Shown here: piece after piece, positions 9,093 to 20,236 of the stretch
Layout of the letters: each line of letters starts with the position of its first letter
Numbering within the stretch: the stretch's first letter is position 1
Source of the DNA: an uncultured delta proteobacterium
Lineage (GTDB): Bacteria > Desulfobacterota > Binatia > UBA9968
Direction: 5' to 3'
Assembly: GCA_963804165.1 (NCBI GenBank)
Contig: CAWDPO010000003.1
Coordinates: forward strand, 160,001 to 224,000
Length of the DNA: 64,000 bases
The notes under the pieces: generated by a model
The model's database searches: none
Told to the model about the DNA's origin: nothing
What the model saw: the letters and a program-made list of their open reading frames with translations, nothing else
Translations under genes and position numbers: made by a program

Positions 9093-12000
9093 CTATTTCA
9101 TCGTAAAATCGACGCGGTTGGGTTTGCCTTTGAGCTTGGTCCGTTCTTCCCCCGAAAGGGGTTTAGCGGCGACAACGAATAGGCGCTCAGCGGCGACTTG
9201 GCCGTTGGTGAGCAGCGCGTCGCGTACGACTTGCGCGCGCTGGCTGCCGAGTTGACGCAGATCGTCGTCGCTCACCTTGGCATGCTGCATCATCAATTTC
9301 TCCATCTCCGGAACCGGCAAGTCTTGCGCTAAACCGACTAGGTTGCGCGGTTTGGGAAAACTTTCATCACCGTAGGCGTCTTTGAGATAGCGCGCATACT
9401 CGCCCTTATCGACTTGGACATCGTCGACCGATCGCGGTGCCTGGCCTTTGCGGGCGAGATCTTTCAGCTTCTGAGCCTTGGCCTTGCGTTCGATGCCAAC
9501 TCGTTTGAGCCCATCGGCATCGCTGACCGGATCGACGCGTCCGGTGAGCTCCAAATTTAGCGCGGGACGATTGTTCAATGCTTTTGCCAGGGTCGCGATC
9601 TTTTCCCGCTGCGGCGGATCGAGGGTCGCGCGGCCATCGGCAAATTCAATATAGCTCAGCTCGTCGCCGCTGCCACCGCCGCCGAACGCCGAGGCGATGA
9701 GTGAAAACGGCGCGGTGACTGCTTTCGTGATAATGTTGATGATGATCCGTAATACGATCCCGCCGACGCTAAACTGCGGATCGTCAAGGGAACCGCTGAT
9801 CGGCAAATCGACGTCAATGACGCCATTGCGGTCTTTCAACAAGGCGACGGCGAGCAACACGGGCAGCTTTGTCGCCGTCGGGCTTTCAATTTTCTCGCCG
9901 AAGGTCAGCTGGTTAAGAATGATCTTGTTTTCCGCACTGAGCTTGCGGTTTTCCAGTTTGTACTTGACGTTAAATGAGAGCTTTCCCTTCTCGATGCCAT
10001 AGCCGACGTATTTGGCGGAATAGGGCGTCATCGGACTCAGCTCGATTTCCCGCGCGTCGGCGATGATATCGAGAAAAAGATCTTTGGAAAGCGGATTGAT
10101 CTTGCCTTTGATGTCCACCGGCGCTGATTCGTCGAGCTTGGCTTTGAGGTCGATGTCTCCCGCAGTCTCCGGTTTCAGTTCAGAAATTACCCCTTGGACG
10201 CTGGTGAGGTTGGCTGAATAATTCGGCTTGACAAAGAAATCGCTGAAGTTGATGTTGCCGCTCTGAAGATTGATTTTGCCGATGCTGATCGCCTTGGGGC
10301 TCGTCGCACTATCGGGAGGCGGAGGAGCGGGTTTTTCGGCGGGCTGCGCTTGCGCCGCGGGCTCTTCCTTTTTCTCCTCGGGCTGGACCGTCAATTTTTG
10401 TAAGTTCATTTTGCCATCGGCGCCGAGGATCAGCCGGGAATAGAAATCCGCCAGCGTGATCTCGCCGATGCGTAGTTGAAACGGCTCCAAGTCGAACTGA
10501 ATGGCGTCGAGCGCCAGCGACTTCCACTTGAGCAGGTCCTGAGCGCCATCCTTTTCGACGCTGCCAAAGTCGGCGACGCGGACGCTGCCTTGATAATTGA
10601 ACTTCTTCCCGCCATCCGCAACGGTCTCAAGAGCCAGCTCACCCTTGGTGCCGATTTGACCGCCGGTGAGGAGGAAATTTACTTTGTCGGTCATGTAATT
10701 CTGAAAAGGCACCAACTCGATGTCCTGGCCATCGACGGCAAACTTGGCATTAACGGGATTGACGGTCGCTGCGCCGGCAAGACGCAAGACGCCTTTGTTA
10801 TTGATCCGGGTTCTGATCGTCGCTTTGCCGCGCTGGTTTTTCGCCGTAGAAAAATTCTCCGCGCGCAGCGAAATATCGGAGAGAGCTGTTTTTGCGCCCG
10901 TGGGCGTCCCGCGATCGTCGACGTCGATCTTGAAGCGGTCGAGGGCGATTTGTTTGGCGTCGATGCGCCAGTCGCCGTCGGTCCTTTTCGCCGGTTGTGC
11001 GGGCGCAGCACCCGCAGGCTGAGACTTTGCAATGCGGACGAGATTGACGGCGCCGTCTTTATCGCGTTGGATATAGCCGTTGCCGTCTTTCCCTTCGAGC
11101 GCGCCGATGACAATCGTTTTTTTAGCGACATCGACGGCAACGTCCTTCAGCGCGAGCGACGCGATGCGCCAAAGCGGCTCGGGTTGCCCGGCGAGCTCAA
11201 GCCGCAAAGCGCGCAGGTTTGTGCTCAAACTCGTCAAATTGATTTCAGATTGCTCGCCTTTTTCCTCGAACCGGTATTGCGTCGATAGATCGAGAAGACC
11301 TTCTTTGATCTCCGCCGCCAGCGCGTTGTCATAGTAGGGACGAAGCGCGCCGATTTTCAGAGCTTCGAGGTCGAGCTTGCCCTCGGCGAGCAGCGGCGTC
11401 ATTTGCAGCGTGCCGCTGTGGCTGAACTTTTCTTTGCCCTCGGATTCAAACGATAACTCAACGTTGGCTGTTTTTCCTGGCTCGTTCGTGAGACCGGTAA
11501 TTTTGACATTGACGTCGTTCAGGCGGTTCTTGTAGGGCAGCTGCGGTTGCTCGTCATCGATGTGAATCCTGGCCGATTCGAGCGCGATCTCGCCGATCGA
11601 ATAACCGAACGGTTTGCTCTCCTTCTTCGGTTCCGGCGCGGCGGGCTTTGTCGGCGCTTCGACGAGGTTTGCCAAATTCAATTTGCCGTCGCGACCGCGA
11701 TTCAAATGAAGCTCGAGACCTTGGGATTTAATGGATTTTACCGCGATCTTGTTGGCGAATACTTCGAGGGCGTCGATTAGAACTTCAAAGCTGGGCAGTT
11801 TGACCAATGGCGCGCCGCCGGTTTGCTGCATATCAAGATCCGTCAAGCCGAGATTGCCGCCGATCGAAAGCACCGACGGATTATTTTTGGATGCTTTGAA
11901 ATTGGCTGTTATCTTGCCGTGCAGTGGCCGGACGGCACTGTGAAATTCAATGTTACGGGCGAGTATTCGAGATACTTGGCGATTTCCAGTTTATCGATAT

Positions 12001-12701
12001 TGATCGCGAGCGTGCTCTCGCGAGACTCCTTGAACGGTTTGCTATCGCCGCCGAGATGCAAAGGCGCGCCGTTGATCACCGCTGAGAACTCAGGTTTGAC
12101 TGTGATATCGACGTACGACGGCAAGCTCGAAATAAACGGCACGCCGATCCTTACGCGATCGATCAGGTGTTTGGTTTTTTCCGGCCGGTCGTCGAAATCG
12201 ATCTTCCCATCGACGACTTGAATATTGTTTAGTGCGAAACGCGGCGTCGGCCCGGGCGGACCGGAGGTAAATTCATCGACAATATCTTGAAAGTTGTACT
12301 TGAGATCTTCGTTGCGGACCAAGTTGACGTAGGGCTTAACGAGCCGCAGCTCTTTGACTACTGGGGCCAGACGGAACAGCGATTGCAGCTCGAGGTTGAC
12401 GAAAAGCTCGTCGAATGACACGGCGGGCGGTTTGGCTCTCGCGCTCTTTCATCAAAAAGCCGCGAATCGCCAACGTCATCGTGTAAGGGTTGATTCTCAG
12501 TTGTTCGATGGAAACTTGGCGGTGCAGCTTGGCGGACAGCCCGCTGGCGATCTTGCTACGGATCAGCGACGGCGCAACCAATCCTAACAAGACTCCGATC
12601 GCGACAAAGATCGCAACCGCCCAAATCGCAATCTTTCGCGTGCGCGGATGGCGCGCAATGCCTTTCGCTCGATCACGGATCTCGGCGATCTTTGGGGCCA
12701 T
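9093..12701 (-). CDS. DUF748 (AsmA-like) repeat protein with C-terminal OmpA-like domain; split by two frameshifts (~12420, ~11915)
   Basis: ORFs 12336-12701, 11909-12421 and 9093-11873 join into one DUF748 protein; GKLSFNVKY, LPVLLAVALLKDRNGVIDVDLPISGSLDDPQFS, C-terminal NRVDF. Confidence 0.88.
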
Positions 12702-12816
12702 GGGGAAACTGCGAAATTGGATTCATGCGAATCTTAGCGCAGGGATGCGTGTATGTCTATGTTACATCGCTTGCCGGATTGAAATCTTCCGAAAGCGCGT
12801 TTGGAGCGAGCGGTTG

Positions 12817-13272
12817 TTATTGATCGTCGGCGGTTTGAATGGCTTCAAGCGCCGACTGGTGAATGGCGGGAAGATTCCAATGTTTAGCGCCTTCGAGGAT
12901 GAGCCTTTTATATTCGGCACTGGCGGGTGGAACGTTCGTTTCGATTTCGGCGACGTAGACTAAAACCTCCAGCGGATGGGTTCCGTCGCCGAGTGCATAA
13001 ACCGGGATCATTTCGCGACGATAACCATCCTCAAAACCATCAAGTGTTACAAGATCGCTATCACTAACTTCGTAGACGATACCCCAAACCTCTTTCCCGG
13101 CTGCCGGAAAAACATTGGCGGTGCCGCAATCGCGCAGACGTGAATGGCGCGTGATGCCGAACTGGTAATTGCGCAGTCGCGCGACGCAAACGAATCTAGA
13201 CGACACACAGCGGCGCTGCATTTGTTGCCAGTTCATGTTGGAGCCGTACGCGAAATAAAGCACTTCGATCAT
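12817..13272 (-). CDS. Gamma-glutamylcyclotransferase family protein
   Basis: YFAYGSNM, VWGIVYEV, LDGFEDGY. Confidence 0.9.
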   Translation of the reverse strand: MIEVLYFAYGSNMNWQQMQRRCVSSRFVCVARLRNYQFGITRHSRLRDCGTANVFPAAGKEVWGIVYEVSDSDLVTLDGFEDGYRREMIPVYALGDGTHPLEVLVYVAEIETNVPPASAEYKRLILEGAKHWNLPAIHQSALEAIQTADDQ

Positions 13273-13436
13273 TTCTCCGGTTTTTCAGGCATAGTCAAGC
13301 ATTGCAACTATCAGTCACAAGCAACTTCTTGTTGAAGCACCTCCGCAGCCTTCAACCAGGTGAACCCTCTTTCGGTTTGCGTGCGTCTAAAATAACAGTT
13401 AAGACCTTAACGATTATTCTTGAGAGCTGAATCAAA

Positions 13437-14025
13437 ATGAAACATTTCAATAAGTTAGCTGCGGTATTGCTATTTTCTACTTTCCTTTTAGCGCCACCCG
13501 ACTCGTCTGCTGGAGAGGCCACCATGCAGCTCAGCACAACGATCAATGAATTCGTCAAAATCCTGGTCAATACTCCGGTGGCCCAACTGCGCGCGTCCGG
13601 ATTGCCCGAACGGGCGATGGCGCTGATCTATAGTCGATTCGATTTTTCCGAGATGACAAGGCGATCTTGGGTCGCCATTGGCAGGCTCTCGACCAAAGCG
13701 AGCAACGGGAGTTTGTCGAGGCGTACACTCAGCGACTGCTGCGCGCTTATGGCCGCTCGGTACGGGCGTCGGGCGATGAAAAAATTCAATACGAATGTGA
13801 AGTTCTTGACGGTAAGAATGCGAGCGTGGAAACCAAGTCGTCAGCAGCGGCGATGAACTTCCCATCGATTACCAGCTTCACGACATCGATGGCCAATGGA
13901 AAGTCTACGACATGGTCATCGACAAGGTCAGCATTGTTAACAACTATCGAGCCCAGTTCGAAAGGGTGATCGCCAAGTCATCGGTGAAAGAATTGCTGCA
14001 AAAGATGAAGCAGCAGGATTCTTAA
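13437..14025 (+). CDS. MlaC/Ttg2D-family periplasmic lipid-binding protein; frameshifted (~13668, ~13855)
   Basis: Signal peptide, FDFSEMTRRS, W..LDQSEQREFVEAY, then WKVYDMVIDKVSIVNNYRAQF in a third frame ending TAA 14025. Confidence 0.8.
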
Positions 14026-14061
14026 GTTCAGCATTGCCATAAATTGCATTTGGCCGCGCGG

Positions 14062-14999
14062 TTATCGAACGAAACTGAAATCGAAGGCGCTCGCAGGATC
14101 GGGCGCGGTCTCCAGGTTGAACTCAGCACGAATCTCTTCCATCGCGACTTGTAATCCTTCAGCGCTGGGCCTACCTGTTGCGGACCAGCTCGATGTGGCC
14201 ATTGCGTAACTGCCCTCAGCCAATCCCTGATCCATATCCGTCCATTTCATTATCGAGCGGACGCTCTCCTGCCGGTTCGTTTTGGCATATTGAATTCCCC
14301 GCAGCGTTGCCCGCACCAGCCTTTGGATCTCTTCCGGCTGCTTCTGGATCTTTTCCAATCGCGTCCCGAACCCGGCTAATGGCGACGGAATCAAATCGCC
14401 GACGAAGAGAATCTTGCGAAAGCCTTTTCGCTCCAGCATGACGTTGTAGGGCGCTTCGATGAGCGCGGCGTCGATGGCGCCGCTTTCCATCGCCGCGATG
14501 CGATTCATGCCGCCGCCGAGAGCGAGGATTTTACTTCCTGATTCGGCGCGAGCTGGTAGCGGCGCAGCAGCGCCCGCGCGTAGGTATCGGTGCTCGCGCC
14601 GAACGAGGATATGCCCAGCAATTTCCCTCTGAGCTCGCTTACGGAATTGATTCCCGGCCGCGCGATCAACGCGAACAGCGGTTTGTCAGCGATGGTCATG
14701 ACAACCCGCAACGGCGCGTTGCGCAGGGCCGCGCGAATCGTCGAGCCGAGCGCCGTCGTGTAGGCCACGTCGCCGGCAATCAGCGCCTGCATCGCGACCT
14801 GCGGCTTCATGATGACGTAATCGACGTCGAGGCCTTCGCTCCGGTAAAATCCCCTTTCGCGAGCGAGGTGAATGGGAAACCACGAGAGTGACTTGGAGGG
14901 TGCGGAAATATGAATTTTGCCGGACTGCCCGATGGCCATTCGCTGACCGATGAGCGAGATCAAACCCAAAAACACGATTTGGGTAATTAATTTAGTCAT
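14062..14999 (-). CDS. ABC-type substrate-binding protein, NMT1/THI5/SsuA-like; frameshift ~14520
   Basis: ERGFYRSEGLDV, ELRGKLLGISSFGAST, RIAAMESGAIDAA. Confidence 0.85.
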
Positions 15000-15157
15000 A
15001 TCGCGGTCATAGCCAGTTCGGCATTTGCTTACAAGCTGCGTTACTGGTCATCCAGTCGATTGCGAGTCAGATGAGGGGGACCGGCGACTTTGAGCAGCAG
15101 AATTATTTGCCGGATTGGCGGTAGCTTTGTCGCACGGTTTCGAGGCGTTCTGCTCGG

Positions 15158-16464
15158 TCACGCGGACGGTCGTCGCGGCGGAGTCGCCAGCAGGATCAAC
15201 ACCGCCGAAGTAAAAAGCGCGCAAGAAAAAAGCGTAAACGATAAGTTGTAGCTGCCCGTGCGGTCGTGCAGAAAACCGAAAAAGGGCGCGCCGCTGGCGG
15301 CGAACAAGTGCGAGAAGAAGAGCGAAAGACCGCGCACGGTGCCAAGCGATGTTCTGCCAAAGAAGTTGGCCCAGATGACTTCGCGCAACACGAAACTTCC
15401 GGCCAGGCCGTGCCATAGAGAAAGAAACCCAAGTAAGCGATATGGATTTGACCGGTTGAAATCGCCGTTACCAGTCCTATTCCCTGGATCAGAAACTGCA
15501 CGCAGGAAACTTTTCTTATTTCGAATCTATCGGCGAGCATTCCCCATACGAGGGTGGAGCCGAGCTGGGTGAACGCAATCGTGCTCATGAACGACGCGGC
15601 GACGAGCGGCGAGTAGCCGATGTCGGTGACGTAAGAAAAGATGTGCAGATTGAGGCCTGCGATGCCGATGCCGGCGATGCCGAACGTGACGACGAGGAGC
15701 CAGAAGGTCGGAAGGCGCAGCGCCTCCGCTCGGCTCCATACGGTTTCCGCCGGCGGGCCTTCGCGTTGCGCGGTGGACAGTGCCTCGCCGGTCGCGGGTA
15801 GCGTATCAGGTCGTTGAAGTGGCGGATCGCCGTCCGGTCTAAGTCCCATCTCTTCCGGATTCCGGCGTATGAAGATGAGCGCTGGTGCGACGACGAGGAG
15901 CGGCGCGACGATGCCGAAAATCGCCCAGGTGCTACGCCAGCCGACCAGCACGAACAATGATGCGGCGCACAAGGGAATACTCAGCTTGGCAATGCCCGTG
16001 CCTAGGTTGGCGATGCCCATGGCGCGGCCGCGTTTGCGCACGAACCATTGCGCGATGGTGACGTTGATGACTAGGGAGCCGAGCAATGCTTCGCCGGCGA
16101 TCACCAAAGAACAGCGGACCAGGGCAAACTGCCAGAAACTTTGCACCAGGCTTGAGAGCACCAAGCCGGCGCCTTCCATGAGCACGCCGAGGACCAGCAC
16201 GCCGCGCCCGCCGTGGCGATCAATCCATGGGCCGAGGATCGGCACGATCATTGCCGCGACGCCGATCTCGAAGCTGCGAATCAGCGAGAAAGCCCCGCGC
16301 GACACGCCGAGTTCTTCTGTGATCGGTTTGAGGAAAATACTCAGCGTGCTGGAGAAGGCAAAAGTGCCGGCGATATTGACGAGGATGCCGACGGCGACGA
16401 TATACCAGCCGTAGAAAAAACGCGATTCTTTGGTACCAACGCGTAGATGGTTTGATTTGGTCAT
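15158..16464 (-). CDS. MFS transporter (OFA/MCT-like); frameshift ~15405
   Basis: FFYGWYIV, WFVRKRGRAMG, C-terminus in ORF 15158-15391 (GFLHDRTGSY). Confidence 0.85.
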
Positions 16465-16525
16465 GGATCAAATCGCCGACGCGATGCCAGGGTATGCTGA
16501 TTCTGCGTCCGCTAGCGGAATTGAC

Positions 16526-17365
16526 TCAGGAGGGGATGGTGCCGATTTCCCACCAGTTGCCGTTCAAGTCGGCAAGCAGAAATGATGCGCCCTCGTCTGC
16601 ATCGATTACTTCTTCGAGGGCGCGCAGTTGCCCGTTATGCCGGTTCGCCGCAAACGCGCGGTGGGCATCGTGCACCGCGGCCGCGGAATCCAGCGCGACG
16701 GTGAAGCGTTGAAAGCGCGATAGCCGGGGGCGATTGGGATTTTGCGCCTGGATGCAGACGACGTACCAGGGCGTATTCGGATGTTTTACATAGCAGGAGC
16801 TGGGCCAGAGCTTGACCACCTCTAACCCGAGGGCCTCACGGTAAAACTGTTCGGATGTTGCCAAATCATCGTTTTCCAGCGTACCGTGAGTTAGCGCTTG
16901 GGGAATGTAGCCACGCCCGGGAAATTCTCCTTCGGTGATCGCTTTCGTCCAGTGTGGATTGGTGGTCTTGCCCATGCCGTGCTCGACCGCGTGTTCGTAG
17001 GACTCGATCTCCCAATAATTGCCGCCTGGCTCATAAAAGTGAACCGAATAGGCGTTGTGATTCTCGCGAGGGTTGATGACCTTGATGCCGTATTCACCCT
17101 TCTTGCTCTCCAGATATTCAGTGGCCCGATCGACTTCAGCGTTGGTGGCGACGCGCACGCCGTAGTGGTTGCGCATGGACTTGATCGGCGCCTCGGCGCC
17201 GTTCGCATGGACAACCAATTGCCAATCGGTGTTCGGATGCTTGACGATTTTATCTCGGTTGCGCTCCTGGACAACCTCAAGCGCGAGAAACTCTTTTAGG
17301 ATGGGCAGAGATTCTTCGAAAGAGCGGCATTCGTAGTGACCGTTAATCAGGTCCGTCGGTTTCAA
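16526..17365 (-). CDS. Two-domain VOC/glyoxalase family protein
   Basis: Duplicated VOC modules: HYGVRV...EPGGNYWEI and HGTLE...DLNGNWWEI; SD AGGAGG. Confidence 0.82.
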   Translation of the reverse strand: MKPTDLINGHYECRSFEESLPILKEFLALEVVQERNRDKIVKHPNTDWQLVVHANGAEAPIKSMRNHYGVRVATNAEVDRATEYLESKKGEYGIKVINPRENHNAYSVHFYEPGGNYWEIESYEHAVEHGMGKTTNPHWTKAITEGEFPGRGYIPQALTHGTLENDDLATSEQFYREALGLEVVKLWPSSCYVKHPNTPWYVVCIQAQNPNRPRLSRFQRFTVALDSAAAVHDAHRAFAANRHNGQLRALEEVIDADEGASFLLADLNGNWWEIGTIPS

Positions 17366-17385
17366 CTTACGATACCTCCTGCGAG

Positions 17386-18444
17386 TTAGTTGGGCACCTT
17401 ACCGCCCCAAAGCTCCTTTAGAAATCCGGTTTTCTCCAGGCTCTCGGCGAAGCTGTTGTCGACGATCTGGCTGGTATTCTTCACGATCTTGGTTCCGGCG
17501 TCGCGCGCCACGTCAATCGATTCGGTGACGGCGTTGAGCGGCACGACCAGACGCCGGTTCACGTGCTTTTTGGCGTAGGCGTCGTACGATGACTGTAAAA
17601 CATCCTCATCCTGTACTCTCAAAATTTTCGCCACCGCCGCTTTCGCTTTCTCGGGATTGTCTTCGACAAACTTTACAGATTCCGCCAGGGCGGCAACCAT
17701 ACGCTGCACGGTTTGGCGGCGTTCGCGTAATGTTCTGGCATTCGTATGCAGCGAGCTATAGATCGCGGGCAGGCCCAAGTCGTTGAGATGGTAAACGAGG
17801 TTGAAGCCATCTTTCCTGCCGCGAGCGTCCATCGGTGGAGTGAACGGTCCGGAATCAATGACTCCCTGAACGATCGCGTTGTAGCGTTCCGGCTGGCTGC
17901 CGCCCACCGGGCGAATCTGCGTATCCACCAACCCGAACTTTTTCACGAAGACTCGCAACAACCGATACGGTAAACCGCCAACCGATCCAACGCCGATGCT
18001 TTTTCCTCTGAGATCTTGAATGGTCTTGATTTCTTTCCGGGCAATGATCACGTAGGGCAGTCCCACCAAAGGCGACGCGACGAGCATTGCGTCGCTCCCC
18101 GCGGCCATGCCTGGAATCGTTGAGTCGCCGGCGCAGTAGAGAAACTGGATCTCGTCGGTCGCCAGCGCTGTCAGATTGATGTTGGTGCCGGTTCGGATCA
18201 CGACATGTTTGACCAACAGGCCATACTTGGCGAAAAGGTTTTGATCCAGCGCCGTGTACATATGAATGAATCCGCCGCTGGTGGCGCAGGTGGCGACGTA
18301 AACCGTAACCGGCGTTTCTCCCGCCTTCGCGAAATACCCGCCGGTCTGCGAGCGTGCCGGACCGGGCGATGTGAGAAGGATCAGCCAGGTGACAACCGCA
18401 CAAGTCGTGAGTTGCGACGCGTATGGACCAAAAAATCGCTTCAT
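17386..18444 (-). CDS. ABC-type substrate-binding protein, NMT1/THI5-like
   Basis: Signal peptide, LFAKYGL, DLRGKSIGVGSVGG, LEKTGFLKELW; start taken at MKRFF. Confidence 0.85.
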   Translation of the reverse strand: MKRFFGPYASQLTTCAVVTWLILLTSPGPARSQTGGYFAKAGETPVTVYVATCATSGGFIHMYTALDQNLFAKYGLLVKHVVIRTGTNINLTALATDEIQFLYCAGDSTIPGMAAGSDAMLVASPLVGLPYVIIARKEIKTIQDLRGKSIGVGSVGGLPYRLLRVFVKKFGLVDTQIRPVGGSQPERYNAIVQGVIDSGPFTPPMDARGRKDGFNLVYHLNDLGLPAIYSSLHTNARTLRERRQTVQRMVAALAESVKFVEDNPEKAKAAVAKILRVQDEDVLQSSYDAYAKKHVNRRLVVPLNAVTESIDVARDAGTKIVKNTSQIVDNSFAESLEKTGFLKELWGGKVPN

Positions 18445-18586
18445 GGGTTTGACTGGGCCCGATAAAACAATACTTGGTTGTGTTCTGTCAACCGATCTGC
18501 CGTGCAGATTGCCAATGCGCGGCTTGAAAAATCGTCGCGGCGGCACTAACAATCGGTGGCTGCACCCATTGCACAGGAGGTTGGCC

Positions 18587-19663
18587 GTGCTGATTCTCTC
18601 CAATGATGACATCGAGAAAATTTTACCCGTCGGCGCTTGCCTCGACGTGCTCGAAGAGGCTTATCGCGATCTCGGCAACGGCATGGCCGCGACCGTGCCG
18701 CGCTACGATGTTTTCAGCCCGACCAAGCCGAACGAGTTCTACGAGTACAAAACCATGAGCGGTGTATTGCCGAATCGCAACATCGCAGCACTGCGCCTCA
18801 ATTCCAGCGTCGTCAAATGGTACGAGAAAGCCGGCGGCATTCGCAAAGACAAGTTGCCGGTCGCGGGCGGCGACAAATTTGTCGGCTTGGTGATGCTGTT
18901 CAGCACCGAAACCGGCGAGCCGCTGGCGATATTTCCTGACGGTTACGTGCAAAAACTGCGCGTCGCGGGCGCCAGCGCGATCGCGGCGCGCTACCTCGCG
19001 CGCAAAGATTCACGCGTCATGGCGTTGCTCGGCACGGGCTGGCAGGCAAGTGCTCACCTGGTGACGCTGTCGATGATTCGCGATTTAACGCAGGTGAAAG
19101 TTTTCAGTCCGACGCCCGAGTCGCGGCGACGTTTTGTCGAAGAATGGTCGGGAAAGGTCCCGGCACAATTGATCGAGACCGGCAGCGCGGCGGAAGCGAT
19201 CGCCGACGCCGATATGGTGATTTGCACGACCAATTCGATATCGGCCTTGTTTTCCGGCGAAATATTGCAAGCCGGCATGCATGTTTCCTGTGTCAAGCCT
19301 TGCGAGCTCGACGTCACGACTTACAGAAGGTCCGATCCGCTGGTCATTCACTGGCGTGAAGCCAAGCCGTTCCAGATCGCCATCGGCGTCGACCGTCAGA
19401 TGATCCCAGACATCGCGGAAGGTTGGCAACATCCGCTCACGCGCGAAGACTGCGCGATCTGGGATTTTCCGACATTATCTGAATTGGTCAACGGCCAGCA
19501 TCCCGGCCGCGTGAAAGACGATGCGATCAGCTGTTTTTGCAACAACGTCGGTCTCGGCTTACAGTTCGCCGCAGTCGGTAGCGAAGTAGTGGCGCGCGCG
19601 CGGGAAGCGCGAGTGGGGCGGGAAATTCCGACGGATTGGTTTTTGCAGGATGTGCATCCCTAG
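18587..19663 (+). CDS. Ornithine cyclodeaminase / mu-crystallin family protein (second paralog)
   Basis: SD AGGAGG then GTG; LRVAGASAIAARYL, LLGTGWQA, GLGLQFAAVG, GREIPTDWFLQD. Confidence 0.9.
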   Translation: MLILSNDDIEKILPVGACLDVLEEAYRDLGNGMAATVPRYDVFSPTKPNEFYEYKTMSGVLPNRNIAALRLNSSVVKWYEKAGGIRKDKLPVAGGDKFVGLVMLFSTETGEPLAIFPDGYVQKLRVAGASAIAARYLARKDSRVMALLGTGWQASAHLVTLSMIRDLTQVKVFSPTPESRRRFVEEWSGKVPAQLIETGSAAEAIADADMVICTTNSISALFSGEILQAGMHVSCVKPCELDVTTYRRSDPLVIHWREAKPFQIAIGVDRQMIPDIAEGWQHPLTREDCAIWDFPTLSELVNGQHPGRVKDDAISCFCNNVGLGLQFAAVGSEVVARAREARVGREIPTDWFLQDVHP

Positions 19664-19705
19664 GGGCTGTTCAAGGTTCAAAGTTCAAGGTTCAAAGCTA
19701 CAAGA

Positions 19706-20050
19706 ATGAACACATTCTGCATCATCCTTTTGTTTTTGCTCTCTGTGTTCGTTTGATCGATACAGGCGCAGATTGAAGGCAGAGTCACTTATCCGACTAC
19801 CGTCGGTTCGACAAGAATTTCGCCGTAAGTAAGAGTGATCCGCAAATACTCGCGCATCGCGGACCAAGAAGCCCTCGAAGAAATTTACCAGCACTACGCC
19901 GTCAAGATCATGCCTAGAGTTCCCTATCCGAAGGGAATTCAAATGGTGCTCGCCGAAGGCCAAGAGCCTCGCCCTGGTAAGTTTATCGACAGCAGCTATG
20001 TGAAAGAGCTGGAGCAGGCGGGATTTATCAAGAAGCTTTACGGCGAGTAG
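19706..20050 (+). pseudogene. Internally deleted NMT1/THI5-type substrate-binding protein remnant
   Basis: Signal-peptide-like start with in-frame TGA, then a jump directly to the SBP C-terminus (VIRKYSRIAD...PYPKGIQMVL...FIDSSYVKELEQAGFIKKLY). Confidence 0.7.
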
Positions 20051-20201
20051 CCGGTCACATTTTCGCGCGATGGATCTTCGACGATCGATTTTATCCCGCT
20101 CGTCGATGACGATACTCTTCCGGCAATTTTGAATATTCGGTTAGAAAAGTTTTTTTCAGCGAGCGGCAACAAGCGGGATACAAAATTTTCACGGATTTTT
20201 A

Positions 20202-20230
20202 TTGACAGTTTGAAACCACTTTCGTAAACT
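20202..20230 (+). promoter_or_regulatory. Sigma70 promoter
   Basis: TTGACA (20202-20207), 17-bp spacer, TAAACT (20225-20230), AT-rich upstream tract. Confidence 0.8.
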
Positions 20231-20236
20231 GCGTTC

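Noticed and set aside
19754-19756. In-frame TGA as selenocysteine
   Set aside because: It lies in a signal-peptide region of a deleted gene remnant; no SECIS-like hairpin or redox motif
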